Shown here: in pieces, positions 13,101-26,029 of the stretch
Position numbering within the stretch: position 1 is the stretch's first letter
Layout: each line of letters starts with the position of its first letter
Assembly (NCBI GenBank): GCA_905178155.1
Contig: CAJINV010000005.1
Span: 4,443,556 to 4,507,555, forward strand
Direction of reading: 5' to 3'
From: Amoebophrya sp. A120
Taxonomy: Eukaryota; Protista; Dinoflagellata
DNA: 64,000 nucleotides
Position numbers and translations under genes: made by a program
The notes under the pieces: generated by a model
Seen by the model: only the letters and a program-made list of their open reading frames with translations
What the model was told of the DNA's origin: nothing
Database searches by the model: none

Positions 13101-16100
13101 CTGGCGGGGTGCGGCGCGAAGTCCTGGCTTGTGTTTGACGATGCGTCTTCCACTGATACTGCTTTGACCTCCTCGTCCGGGGCAGGGGCTAGCAGTGACA
13201 GCACAGGAAGAACAAATGCGGTTGGCAACAGAGGCGGGGGCCTGAAGATGTTGCCCACTTCGGCCACTTCAGCAGGAGCGGTGACCCCAGTGGCAGACGA
13301 GCAAACCGTCTGTCGGGCGGTGTTTCATAGGAACCGCGTTTGGACCGCTAACACGGGCAACCGCATTCGTACGTGGAACGCAGCGTCGGGACACTTGGAG
13401 CGGACGCTATCAGCGTTTTCCGCGGCTGGGTCGTGTAGTAGTTCCATGATGAGCAACGGCTCCGACTGTGCGAGGACGTCAAAAGCAACGCAGAGCAGGG
13501 CGAGGAGCGGCCAGGATCAGCAGGACGCGTTCATCACAGACATGTGTTTAGAGTTGCCAAGTGAGCGCCGCCTGTACGTTGCCGATTCGCTGGGGCGCAT
13601 TGCAGAGTGGAACGGGATTACTTTCAACTTCCGGCGGTTTCTTCCGAACGAGCACGTCGGTGAAATTTCGCAGCTGCATATGCAAGAAAAAAACTGTGTA
13701 AGTGTAACTCTGTAATGCAGAACATGCCACAGAGTTACGCCTGTCATGCCAGACAGCCATGATGTCCTCTTTTCATGTGTGTTTTCCCTTACAAGCCGCG
13801 CATGACAGGTTTTCTCTGTCATGTAGAGCAAAGTTGTCATGCTGTCAGCCAAAGAAACTTACACTAACACAGTTTTTTTCTTGGATACTGCACTGGTGCG
13901 GGAAACATCAATCGTTACTGTCCGTCGGCGCGGACAAAGCGCTTATGATCCACGATTGCGAGGCCACGTCGGGCAGCCGTGATAAGCATGCGAGCGGTGA
14001 TGTTGTTGAGCGCGGTGACGTCCAACATAATTTCAGCTGTTTTAAAAATAAAATGACGGCAACATCAAGTACTACAGGGCGCGCACCACAGCATCTTCAC
14101 CAACATCAGCAGCATCCGAACGTAGTTGCGGGAGCTGCTAGAAGTACAACAACTTCTAGTAGCGCAGCTACTTCACCCTCTACTTCTGGTAGCACGACGC
14201 GAGCCACGACCCGAGGGCCGTGCCGGGTTGTGACCAATTGCCACGACGCGGACATTCTGTGTGTCGCGTTCTCGCCCGTACTGGATGCGATCGCAACCGG
14301 TGGCAGCGACCGCGTCATCCACCTTCGGAACTACGCAAAACTGAGCCAGTATCCGGGGGGTGTGCTTGCATCAGCGGGCGCCGCCGCGGCCCCGTCTTCT
14401 GCTGCAGCGGCGCAGCATGCCTCCACCACGGGGGCGTTTCTCGCCGGCCACTCCGGCCGCGTCACAGCGCTGCAATTTGTCGACTATCTGCTGATTTCCG
14501 GGGACAGCGAGGGTAATGTGATGCTCTGGCGACTGGACATTCTCCAGCCGGGCGTGCGTGGTCGCAGCGGAGGCCAGAGGAGAACGCCGCCTGCGAAAGA
14601 AACTGGCGGGCTGCGGGAACTACACGGGAATTATGCTACGGAGGTGCTAGAAGTTGTACAACAGCAGAATGGTGCACAATCTACTTCCGGAACGGAACAA
14701 CAGCCGGCTCGAAGAGAGAAGGACCAGCGAGACTTCTGCGAGATTGCGTTAGTGTCGCGGTTTTTGAATGTGCGCTCCACGATGGACCAGCCACGATGCA
14801 TTACGGCCTTTGCGTTTCACTTGATTCTCGAGCCACCTGATGCTAGTTTTCTAGAAGGTGGTGGATCAGCTACTACTGGTGAACATCAAGCGACCACTGC
14901 AACAAAGACCTTTGTTCCGAGGAGCAACTACTACGGTGCTGCGACACGACCGGCGGCTGGAACTACACCAGGAGAAAGCAGAGGCCGGAACGAAGTTGTT
15001 GCTGAGGACGAAGAATGTGCGACCGACCTCGCCTACGAGCTGCGGCTCTTCATAGGGGATGAAAGCGGAGCACTGCGCTGCTGGGACCTCACCCGTGCAT
15101 TGATGGTGGAAGATGACCCTTCGGAAATGTTGAACTACGCGGGAAGAACGGCAAGTCCAGCTGTCGATGTGAAAGTGCAGAGCCACGAATTTCATCTTCT
15201 GGAGGAGGTCACGGCGATTGGCGGCTCGACGCTCGGCTGCTTGCTCGATCTGCCGTCTCGGCGACGTGCGGCACGTATTCGAGAGACAATTTTTACGCCC
15301 CTGATACCAGAAAAAACAGTTTGTGCTGCTTTTTTTTCCTGCCAATGAAGGACGGAAACCTGGCATGCAAAGTCGCCAATTACATAAGTACTCGAAATTA
15401 ATAATTTGCTGGAAATAAAGGCAAAGGGAAAAGAATCGGAAAGGTACCCAGCAGATTTGTGACGCTGAGCAGACGAAGCCGACTTTTAATTGTATTTCGT
15501 AAAAGACTACATCAGAAATTCCAATTTTTGCTACGTATCTGGTATGGGTGTGTTTTTCTGTAGCAGAGCACGGCCGGGGCCGGAATCTCTCCTGGGGGGG
15601 ACCGTCAGCAGGGCGGCGATCTCGAACGGGCGCCCTGCCTCCACCGCGCCGGCAACAAGTGGTCGCACAGGAGTCAATACTGCGCAGACGCGCCGTGTCC
15701 GTACGGGAGCCGCTTCGCGGTCGGCAATGGGAGGGCAACTTCTGAACCAGCAGTTGCATGGAGCTGCAAGTGGACTTGTTAACCGCGCGGAGATGTTGAA
15801 GAGCATGGGGTCTAATTCATCTGGGTCCGGGAGCGTGAAAGTGAATGCAGGTGTCGCGGAAGTAGATGGTAGTCTAGCGGCTAAACTCGCCGTGGCACAG
15901 AGTGCGGAGTATCGAAAAAAACTTCAACGAAAGCATTTGCCTTTGGTCGCAGAGCTGCTCGAGGACGCTTCTTCTTTCAACGAGAGGGGGAACGGCACAG
16001 TTCTGCAGCGCGAGGCGGAGGACGTGCACTGCGAGGGTTCGTTTGCCGGTCGGGCGATCACCTCCATCCAGTTGATCGAAAATACGAGTCCGTCTGATGA

Positions 16101-16805
16101 TGGTAGACGGGAAGTCAAAACAAATCATCGATTGGGAGATGTTGTTTTTGACGAGAACAAGTCCTCGTCTCCTCGCAGTGCGGTTCTGCTCACCGCGGGC
16201 GCTGACCGCCGGGTGTCGGTTTGGTCGGCGGAAACGCTGGAGCGGCTGTGTGAGTTAGACCTTTACGATCACACGATAGGCTGCTGGCTTACGATGCTGA
16301 AAACTGCCCCGCCCCCAGAACTGGCAAAGATTTCTGATGCAAAGGTTCCAGATGCTGGAAGATCTTCGTCCTGCATGAGAGGACTACGATGCTTCCTGAT
16401 TTAGATTTTAGGCGTGAAGCATATAACCTCTTACACGACAAGCCTCGCTGTTGGTGGGCCTGCTGTTTGCAACACAAATTTTTCTATACGGGTCTGCATC
16501 GAGGATTGAAATGAATGTTCAGGAAGGTGGAAAAAATGCGAATGTCAATGTTTCCGTCAGGAAGCAGCAGCGCTGCGATCATAATCATATCATCATGCGT
16601 AAAAATAAAAATGCTTTCAAGTTCTTCTTCTTGAAGTTCTTTGGTAGGGCCGCTTTTCATGTTGATGCGGATGCCGCTCTCCACGGTGGACTCCTGCGAC
16701 GAAAAGACAGCGGTGCGGGAAGTCATCGCGGAGGCTCACCGATTGGAGCGACTGATGATTGCATCAGAAGGCGTCGCCTTGCTGGACAAGGTTGGGTGCA
16801 ACTAG
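10161..16805 (+). CDS. Large WD40-repeat protein with an N-terminal EF-hand-like segment (introns at 13679, ~15302, 16290)
   Basis: WD repeats (LVSGGFDNRLLVWN, IATGGSDRVIHL, GHSGRVTALQF..SGDSEGNVMLW, LLTAGADRRVSVWS); LSWDEFLDFL is EF-hand-like; frames are joined by element excision. Confidence 0.8.
13679..13887. mobile_element. introner element, TSD CTGCA
   Basis: TIR tatgcaagaaaaaaactgtgt / acacagtttttttcttggata; excision restores QLH|WCGKH. Confidence 0.92.
15302..15566. mobile_element. decayed introner-like intron, boundaries approximate
   Basis: Partial IR (taccagaaaaaaca / tgtttttctgta); AT-rich and separates two same-frame coding blocks; TSD not recognisable. Confidence 0.45.
16290..16667. 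mobile_element. decayed introner (related to 5742-6046)
   Basis: Left end tacgatgctgaaaactgccccgccccc resembles the 5742 element; degenerate right IR; removing element +5 nt gives CW-LPLSTVD...* at 16805. Confidence 0.55.
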
Positions 16806-18232
16806 GTCGACCTCTTGTTCAAAGGGGAGCTGCCAGCCTCGTCTCTCGGCTACATCAAAAACCTCCGGTGATCTTCCACCAACATTAAGCTGGTACGTGC
16901 AGCGCCCTTGTCGTCTTTGCGGAGGATTCGCTCTTGTATGTGCCTACTCAGTGCTCCGCTGTGCTTTTCGCATAAAAATGCGTGTGTCAGTTTCGAAACC
17001 GCTATCGCAAACGCAACCAGTGCGCCCTGCGAATTTGAGTCTTCATTCCTATCAATGTACCAACCTGAAGTTGTAGTAGAAGTAGTAGCAAAAGTAGTGA
17101 ATAAGTATATGTTTCTGTCATGAACCATGTTTGAGTTTTTATGCTTTTCGTTTCCACAGACGACGCAATAATGTTTCTCTGCCACAGTTTCATACATCCT
17201 GACCGCAAAAGTAAGAACAGTGCAGCAATAGTTACTGTACGAGAATCGAATAGCTTCGCCCGCTCGGCGTGACAGCGCAAACTTGCGCTAGAATGGGTAG
17301 TAGGGTTAGTGGGGGTGGTGGGTGAGGAAGCAAGGAAGGCGGTTCACTCCTGGGGGGAGGGAGACCGGCCCCAACCCGTCCCGCAGGAACGCGGAGCCGC
17401 TTGCGCGAACTTTTTTCGCAGAGGCGCAGTGGTACTCGGTAGGGAACACACGCGAAGCCTTCGTTGGGGGATGGCGCCGCAGTTTCCCGGTCGTGGGGAA
17501 GACCGCCGCAAGCCCCCCCCCTGTTTGCGCGATTCTGTCCCTGCGTACGTATTGAGGGTCCGACTTCGTACTTTTCCTGCGTACACATCAGAACCACCCA
17601 GACAGTAGAGGTCGCGTCTGCAGCAATGAAGGAACTAAAATCGCCCTCTCCTGCTGCCACGAAGAAACTTCTTAGCCCTCTATTGCGCAATACCCCGCGC
17701 AGGATAGACGATGGCGATGATGATGATGATGATAAGACGATGATAAAAAAGCAAACGATCGATTAGAAAAGAAGATACGCATCCAAGGCTGTTAGAGGTT
17801 CAAGTTGCGCGGCCGGCCACGCAGTCATGCTGGCTAGCCGGCATGCGAGATCTGCAGTAGGCCAGGCCCAGGAGCAAGAAACGATGATCAAAAAGCTACG
17901 CCGGGCACGTATGCCACAGGCGGGGGCGCGGGCAGGTTGCTTCGCCCTCGCGCTGGCGAACCCCTAGGGGCCTTGCTGCGGTTCATACTTACAATCGCCC
18001 CACCCTCTCATATCCACAATTCATCCCCGAACAGCGACGGTCTAGCTTTTGCTTTTCTTTTTACCACTGCAACCATTTACATTCATTTAGAGAAAGCCTA
18101 GCTTTTGCCCATTGCTATACGAAGCTCTGTCGTTGTGTAGTTGGCGCCATCGCTCCTTTTGGTAAGTCTGCATCATTGGCGCGCCGTCTTCTCCTGCAAG
18201 TGCAGCCGCGCATCTAGTAGTAGAAGCCTTAT

Positions 18233-18658
18233 TTGAAACATTCTCCACTCCGCAACCAATGTCGAAGCCTGATTTCCCAAATCACGCACCCGGATGAGAA
18301 GGGGCGGAAGGTGGATTTAATTCGGGGCGCCATGTACCACCGGCGCACGGGTTCGGAGAGAGAGGGGCGCGCCGACGGCGCAAACCGTGCGGAATACATC
18401 TGGGTCGGGGACTCGAAGGCCGCTAGCGGCCACGTTGTTTGCTGGTTCTTCACGTCGCAGGAACCAAAGGGACAAAAGGAGCCCGGCAGTGCTATGCTTG
18501 CGGGCGAAGATTGGTGGCTGATATCATGGCGCCCGGGGAAGTACATCATGGACCTGGACTACCGAGCCTCGGAGAATTTTATAGACGTGGCGGATCGCGC
18601 TTTCCGCGAGTTGCGGCCTGACGTGACTCTGCGGCCGAACTATTTCAGAAATATCTAA
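18233..18658 (+). CDS. hypothetical intronless protein (ATG at 18332 possible) in a repeat-rich island
   Basis: 141-codon ORF with globular-like composition; no recognised motif. Confidence 0.35.
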   Translation: MKHSPLRNQCRSLISQITHPDEKGRKVDLIRGAMYHRRTGSEREGRADGANRAEYIWVGDSKAASGHVVCWFFTSQEPKGQKEPGSAMLAGEDWWLISWRPGKYIMDLDYRASENFIDVADRAFRELRPDVTLRPNYFRNI

Positions 18659-19374
18659 GGACAGGGCGCCGAGCTAGAGGCTGTAGAAGAGAGCGAGTTT
18701 TTGGGAAGTCTCCGCGGCTAGGTTGTCACTCTGTGTCTGTGTTTTCAATTTCAAGACCCAAACCCCAACGCTGATTTTCGATTGCAGTACATTTGTCAAG
18801 CGGCACGCTAGCAGCCCCGTGCGCGTGGCCCTCTTGCGCATGTTGAGGAAACGCCGCGCGCATCGAAAGAATGTTTTTCCCTGTGGCTGGAGCTCGAGCG
18901 TGTGTTGCGCCACTGTTGTGCATGTGGTGTCATTAGAACGAAGTGGACGCGTTGGCGTCTGTAGCCAATGTTGCCTCCTACGTAGGAAGCTGCTTGTCGA
19001 TGGGTAGTTGAAATGTGGCGCCTCGATCGGTCTACTTTCGTCTTCCGCTCGGCTTCTTCTTTGCGTTAGGGCGCTGCCACGCGCCACTTGTCGGTCCCTC
19101 GGTCGTCGCTTGCGCGGAAAAAAGTCAGGCCGTTCGTGTTTTGGAAGCTGAAAAACAAAAATGAAGCACGGCCCCCGCCTCGCCTTTGAGGAAATGGCGC
19201 ACGGTGCAGCTTGCTCTTCGCCGCTATCTTCTCGGATAGGAATGATGGCGATGATGATGAAGATGATGATTGAAGAGTCGCGGCTATCTCATGAATGACG
19301 ACGATGATGGTGATTATTATCCCCGCCCCACGTACATGATGACCATGATGATCAATATGATGATGATGGTGATG

Positions 19375-19793
19375 AAGTGCGGGGGGCCCTCGCCCCCCCC
19401 CGCGCCCCCCCCGCCCATTCGATATGATGACGGTGATGCATCCATCGCGATTTTCAGTGCAGAATATGACTCTAAGACTGCGATGAAGATTTCACGATTG
19501 AAATAGTGATGGTATGAAAGTGTTTATAATTTTTTCAAGATGGAGATTATGGATGAGATTGAGATGAAGGCTCTGAGATCGAGATAAGTGCGGGGGGCCC
19601 TCGCCCCCCCCCGCACCCCCCCCGCCCATTCGATATGATGATGGTGATGCATTGCGATTTTCAGTGCAGAGCATGACTTTAAGACTGCGATGAAGATTTT
19701 ACGATTGGAATAGTGATGGCATGAAAGTGTGTATAATTTTTCCAAGATGGAGATTATGAATGGGATTGAGATGAAGGCTCTGCGATCGAGATA
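19375..19793. repeat. tandem duplication, 2 x ~210 bp
   Basis: aagtgcggggggccctcgcccccccc... starts at 19375 and at 19586, high identity. Confidence 0.9.
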
Positions 19794-20049
19794 TTGTGTC
19801 TGAGATCGAAGATTATGACTTTCGAAAAGGATTTACGACTTTAAGATCGCGATAAGGATTCGGAGATCGAGATGATGGATTGTGATTTTCTAAATGAGAT
19901 TATGACTTGAAGATCGAGATAGTGGCTCGGTGAATGAGATGATGACTGTAAGATTGATGATTCTCAGATCAAGATTGAATTTTGTGAACTCTGTGAATTC
20001 TGTGAATTTTGTGAACTCTCGTGAACTATGTATGATGTGTGACGAAGAA

Positions 20050-20163
20050 GAACTCAAAAGGTTTAGTGAACTCAAAAGGTGCACTGAACTCAAAAGATGC
20101 ACTGAACTCAAAAGGTGCACTGAACTCAAAAGGTGCACTGAACTCAAGAGATGCACTGAACTC
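20050..20163. repeat. 18-bp minisatellite (gaactcaaaaggtgcact) x ~6.3, preceded by 9-bp repeats at ~19975-20027
   Basis: Directly visible in the sequence. Confidence 0.92.
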
Positions 20164-20624
20164 TTTTGAATTTTTGTTAAAGTTGTAGATATGACTATCA
20201 ATTTTACAAGTGAACGAACCCTCTATGTGTGGACGCAGTCCTTCAGTGTGACTTTGGCATGCTGCATTTGCGTCACCCCGCAGACTCGTTATTTGACCTG
20301 CCTGCCCCGTTTTCCCTGAAACGCACAGAGGCTTTTCATTCGAGAAGAGTCGTAGCAAGAGGGCGCTATTTTTCGGTCACAAGTGAAAGCTAGTTGTCCA
20401 CGAGGGAACAAGGCGCGAGTTTGTACATAGTAATGCCAAGAATTGCGTGCAGACTTTTACTTTCGTGGTCGAAATCTGTGGTAATTGCGGCACTGTTTTT
20501 CGTCCCGGCTCCGACCATTCGTTGTGTTGGTTCGAAGCGATGTGGTTTCTGTGTGTGCGTTGCTAGTGGAAATTTAAATTGCAGCTTCTTGTTCTCGTCC
20601 GCGCTGTTGAGTCCTTACACCAAT

Positions 20625-23600
20625 ATGAATCCTGAAGAAGAGGCGGAGACAGAGTTCCACTCTGCTTCTAGTGGAGAGGATCATGAGCATGAGTACAATT
20701 TTGGAGAAGAAAGGGAACAAACCCCTGCACAAAAGGATCCACGCTCTGTCTCAAATGCGCGATCGCAACAACAAGAGCCCGCGGTGGCTTTTGCTGGAGT
20801 GGTGGCCGGAGGGGGTGGATTCGAGGAGCAACAACTCGGCAGCGGCAATCATGGCAAGGTGGGTTCTAGCGCCAGACCTGGTGGTGCATCGCTTTCGTAC
20901 AGCTTCAAAAGGCGCCGCGCGGGCGCGGATGCGACACAGGAGGGCATGTCCTGTTGCAATTTCGTGCGCCGCAGCGGCGGTCGCGCCGACTCCTCGAAGT
21001 TTCTTGCGAACCCGGGGGAGATGCCAAGCCAACCGCAATCTTTTCGCTACGGCCCCACGATAGTCAGCGCGTGGGAGCAGCAGCAGTGCAAAGCATCGTC
21101 GACGAGCAGGCCGGCGCACTCGTCGGTGGACCCGGAACAGAACAACGACCGTACCCATGGTGAAGATGAAGCCACTAGCCGCACTCCTGCTGGGATCTTA
21201 GAGGACAGGAGAATAGATACACGACCGCTCGGAGGAGCAGCTACCGGCTTGCCCGCCGCAGCAGCGCAAGACAATGGAGCAACTTCATCAACTCTTCCCG
21301 CTGCCGCACCTCGGTCGCAGGATCATGAGGGCAAAAGCCAAGGCACAGGAGGCAGCGATGCGCGAGAATTACTGCTAGCGCCACAGAATCGCGCCCGACC
21401 ACTAACTGCTGCAGTGTCCACGTCTCCAACCTCGTCAGAGGGGCGAGGCCACCACTATGCAGATGCTGCAGCGAAGGGGTCAGTTACGTTTGGCGGCATG
21501 TCGGCTGTCTCGCCGTTGCACCGTAATTGTGCCGACCTCAGCAGCGAAGATGCTCTTGATCATACCGATCGCACCGGGGACGGTGGGGGCACGAGGAATA
21601 TTAACAACATGTATCCACAAGAAGCAGATCCGACCACGTCGGCAAGAACATCAAAGGGTTTTGAAGGCGAGGGTGCCCAGGCTAGGAAAAACAAGAAGAA
21701 AAAAACCCGAAGCAAGAAATACACTGTGAACTACTCGGAACATCACCCGGAGGCAGAGGAGGACGTCGCGATGCAGGTTTTTGGTACAGTGTTCTCGCTG
21801 AAGAAGCCCCGCGACTAGCTAGCTAAGGGCGCACCTATTTTGGCGCCCCGGTCCCAATGGCTGGCCCGGAATGCGGTTCACTGGCCTTTTGTTTCCTGGC
21901 CCCATCTGAGAACATGAAGCAGCGAATACAGATGGAAGGGGACTCGGTCACAAGAGTGGCAAACCGCCTCCGGGTGAACATTGGCAGGGTTTTGGTAGCC
22001 CTGTAGCACGAGTGTTTCGCTATCAGGCATGCGCGGCTTGACTTGTAGGCGAGATATGTTCTCAGACAGCCACGGAGCAGCCTGCGCCCGCAGGTTCCCT
22101 GAAATTCAATCACGGACGTGGGGCCAGCTTCTTTTGCGTGGTGTGCAAACTTGACGCAGAGCCTCTAGCTGAAGGCTCGCGCTTTCGCGTGTTTGCTTTC
22201 AGTCGAGGTGTTACACATTTGGAAAAAAAACGGCAATCTCTTGCGCAAAATCACCCAGCATTTTGGCCCTCCCTTGTGGGCTGGCCAAAGTTACACTTTT
22301 TGGTGTGTAACACGGTAGTTTTTTTGCGAACCCCGACGGCATTCTGCGACTTACTGTGTTACACATTTCAAAAAGTATCAAGATTCCGCTTGGGGAGAAA
22401 AGTGTCGAAGTTGGTTTCCGCCCGGTGAAAAAAGTGTTACACATGGAAAAAAAAGTGATACAGTTGCTATTTTTTCTGGCCTTGCTTTGACCCCTCAAAA
22501 AAATGCAGTGTGTATCACTTTTTTTTGCAATCCGGGTGGAAGGTTGGCTTTCGGGACAGGGCGTCGATTTGGCCAGGAAAGGGCAAACTACGTAGAGCCA
22601 TCATGACAGACCACGATGGGTAGGAAAAGGCTGGCACTGCAAACGCGCCCGCTCGTCGCGTCAAATGCCAGCGAGCGCTGTTCTGCACTTTTCGCTCCCG
22701 CGCGTGTCGCCGTTGCGCAAGTCGGCCTGGAGGCGTCAAAAACGGTCGCTGTGGTTCGTCAGGTTTGCGACTAAGTGAAACAGCAGGCCTTGTCCCTCAC
22801 ATTGTCGAAAGCATCGCTTTGACCTTGGCCCGCTCTATTGTTTCGCTGAGACATTCTGCCGCCGCCCGGTCTATCAGTCACTGTAGTTCTCAATCAGGTC
22901 CGCGACATGTAGCAGCTTGCCTTCTTAGCTATTCCAGTGAACTGAAGCAGCCGCAGCTACGTGGAGGCCTCCTTTTTGCCTGACACGAAAATGAAAACGC
23001 ATTAGGCACGACAGGTAGCCGCGGCTCGAAAAAAGTTCTAGCCTGCCCTTGAAGAAATACGCTATTTTCGATGTCGTGTGTAACTGTAACACTTTTCTCC
23101 TTCGATAATGCAGGTTTTTGGTACAGTGTTCTCGCTGAAGAAGCCCCGCGACGTGGTCGCTGGCGCGTCAAGTGGTGTGAAAACGATTTCAAGGGGCGCG
23201 GCGCTGGGTTTTGGTTCGCTATTCGGGTCCCCGGTCGTCGGGTTCCGCAACCACGGGTTGCTGGGGCTGCTGAAGGGGTTGGGCGTCGGCTTGGTTGGTT
23301 TTGCCGCCGCCACCACGGCGGGGGTGCTGGTCGGCGGGTTCCAGATGGTGCGAGGCGCGTGCAACACTCCTGCGGCCGTCGTGCTGCGCTTCAGCGGCCG
23401 GCATTGGAACCGGGACGAATTGGAGTGGGAGCACTTCTCGCTGCATAGCGAGCGCAAGCGCATCCAGAAGCAGCGCCTCAAGCTGTTTCCGGAGGACCGA
23501 CGGAGGCTACTGAAGCAGGCACGAGAGGAGCGGAAGCGGTCGCTGTCCAAAGAACGCGATATATTAAGGTATGCGAAGAAAGACCAAACGGGCGTCGAAG

Positions 23601-26029
23601 CGACACAAAAGGATCATGTGGCCCGAGCGGGGCCGGCACATCACCAAGATTTCGCTGATATCACGGATGACTCGAGCTCGTCGCTCGAGTCCTCCAGCTC
23701 GGGGTCTTCCGCCGGGGGTGAGCAAGACGATTCCGGGAGCAGCGACCCCGAGTCCCAGTCCAGTAGCAGTCAGCACTTGTCCGCTACGACGGGAGCGGCG
23801 GGACCGGAGCCCCCGGCGGGGACGAGGAGGAAATCCTGGAGCGGGCGCGAGCAAACTTCTTCGAAGACCAGCACCAGCAGCACGCAGGCAAACCGGGCGC
23901 GCAGTGGCCGCACGCTATACGACCTGCTGGATCTGGATCCCGACACCGCCACAACAACCAGCATCCGCAAGGCTTACTACAAGAAATCGCTGCTGTACCA
24001 CCCAGACAAGTTGCGCAGCCGCGCGGAAGATTCCAGTAACAATTCATCCGTGGTGCCGCAAGCACAACATCAAGTAGAACGACAAGGACAAGAACTGCTG
24101 CAGCGTGGTGCAGGCGGTGCTGTGGGAGGCGAGCCAACTACTTCCACTAGTACGTCGTTTCCGCGGCCTCCCGTTGCACCACAGATCATGATCAAGGAGG
24201 CGACTGCTGCTTCGTCATCTGGCTCCTCGGCGTCCAGTAAGTTTCATGAGATCACGCGCGCGTATCAGGTTTTGGGCGACCCCCAGCGCAGGCAGGTGTA
24301 CGACGAATCGTTGCGCGTGGAATCACACCGGAAGCTGTACCTGGGGGAGCGCTTGTTCGACTTCGAAAAGGAATCCACAACCTCCTCCCGGGGCCGGAGT
24401 AGCACCTGCAGTAGCGGGCTAAAATTCGACTTGCCGGAGATCGATCCTGGGCTGTTTTTCGCCGTCCTGTTCGGCTCGCAGCACTTCGAGCCCTACGTGG
24501 GGAAGCTGCACCTGGCGCAATTTGCGGAGGCGGAGCAGGAACTTGCGAACAGTCGGATGGCGCGACACCAGGAACGGGCCAACCCGGTGGCCTGGCCGGC
24601 CGTGCGGCTGCGGAAGTTGCAGAAGCGCATGCAGTTTTACCAGCGGAAAAGGGAGTGCGATTGCTGTTCCTTTTTCGCGGAAACCCTGTTGAAACCCTAC
24701 ACGGTTGGTGTGGCCGCGGAGGTCAACAGCGAAGTAGTATCGCCAGCAAACGCGGGAACGGGTGTCACTGCCACGCCGACTTCGGGATCGTCGCGACGTC
24801 TGGAGACACTGGAAGAGTTTGACGCACGGCTCGCGAAGGAGGCCCAGCGGTTGCTGGCCGAGGCCGCAAACGGGCGCGAGATGCTGAAGGCGATAGGGTG
24901 GGTGTACCGCAACCAGGGCGAGCAGTTTGCGAACCGCGGGAACTTCTGGAGTCGCTTTCAGGACCGCCGGCAGCGCGTACGCACCCGCATGCGTGCGATG
25001 ACGACGGTCTTGCGATCGCAGGTCGGAGCTCTCCGAGGCGACGACCGTGTGACAAATAAAGGAGGTGCCACATCGACCAGTTCCGGTCAGCAGCCGGTGG
25101 CTGCGTTCAGAGACGGGCAGCAGACCGGCTCAGGTACTAGCGCCACGGGTCGGGAAATGAGTCCTGGTGCGGCAACTACTCGCACTGCCGGAGCCTTGGT
25201 GAGAGTGGTGAACCCGAGTGCGCCATATCATTTGTCGGTTGGAAAGGTGGTTGGGGTTCTTGCCTCCACGGGAGAAGGACTTTCGTCGAGGAGGAGCTTA
25301 TCGGGGCAAAGCAGTGTGCGCGGAAGCGGAAGTGCCACGTCTTCTGGTAGTACGCTGGATGCTGGCACGCAAAACACAGCACTGGTGCGGGTGGATATGA
25401 CTTCGTTCGAGGTTGAGGAGCCTGAGGGAAATCTCGTGCTGCTGTCTGATGAGGAGCGCGAGGCAGCGCAGGCGGAAAAGGAGGGTAGCTTTTTTCTGGA
25501 CGCGTTGTGGGAGGTCACGTTGGTCGACGTGCAGCAGACCTCCCGGCGTGTTTGCCGCAAGCTCTGCCAGGACAGGTCCGCGACGCCACAGGAGCGACTG
25601 CGGCGCATCGAGGCCATTCATCGCTTGGGTGAAATTTTTCTCAAGGCCGCCTCCTCCTCTTCGCCACTCAGTTCCATGCAGGAGACCACACCTGAACTAC
25701 ACCAAGCTATTAACAGGAGTAAGCTGCTGCCGCCAGGAGCCGCAGAGGATATTCAAACCGGTATTACGTTTTCGACAAAGGTGCTGACCGAGGACAGGGC
25801 GAATTCATCCCGGCCATATCAATCCCTGACAGGAGCGGCCAGAGGGGGTCGGGGTCCGCCTTTGGCGGCGGCGGCAGCAGCTTCCTCGAAAAATCCCGCG
25901 ACGCATAATTATTCCGACGGCGACGCCGGCCACGAAACGGATGAGCAGCGACGTCGGCGACTAGACGCCGCTCTTTCGCTCCTAGTGCGACAGCACGAGG
26001 AAAGTTTGGGACTTTCTTCAGCATTGTAA
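20625..26029 (+). CDS. DnaJ protein with DnaJ-X domain; interrupted by a 1292-bp insertion flanked by a 45-bp direct repeat
   Basis: LYDLLDL..ATTTSIRKAYYKKSLLYHPDK...KFHEITRAYQVLGDPQRRQVYD; IDPGLFFAVLFGSQHFEPYVGKL; the two ORFs join through duplicated MQVFGTVFSLKKPRD; start uncertain. Confidence 0.8.
21816..23107. mobile_element. one-ended introner-like insertion with a 45-bp flanking duplication
   Basis: Right end gtgtaactgtaacacttttctccttcgata matches the 2754 family TIR; 21771-21815 is identical to 23108-23152. Confidence 0.65.

Noticed and set aside
20050-20163. CRISPR-like array or ELKRCT repeat protein
   Set aside because: Contiguous 18-bp units with no spacers, in a eukaryotic context with no cas genes; the ORFs arise from the minisatellite
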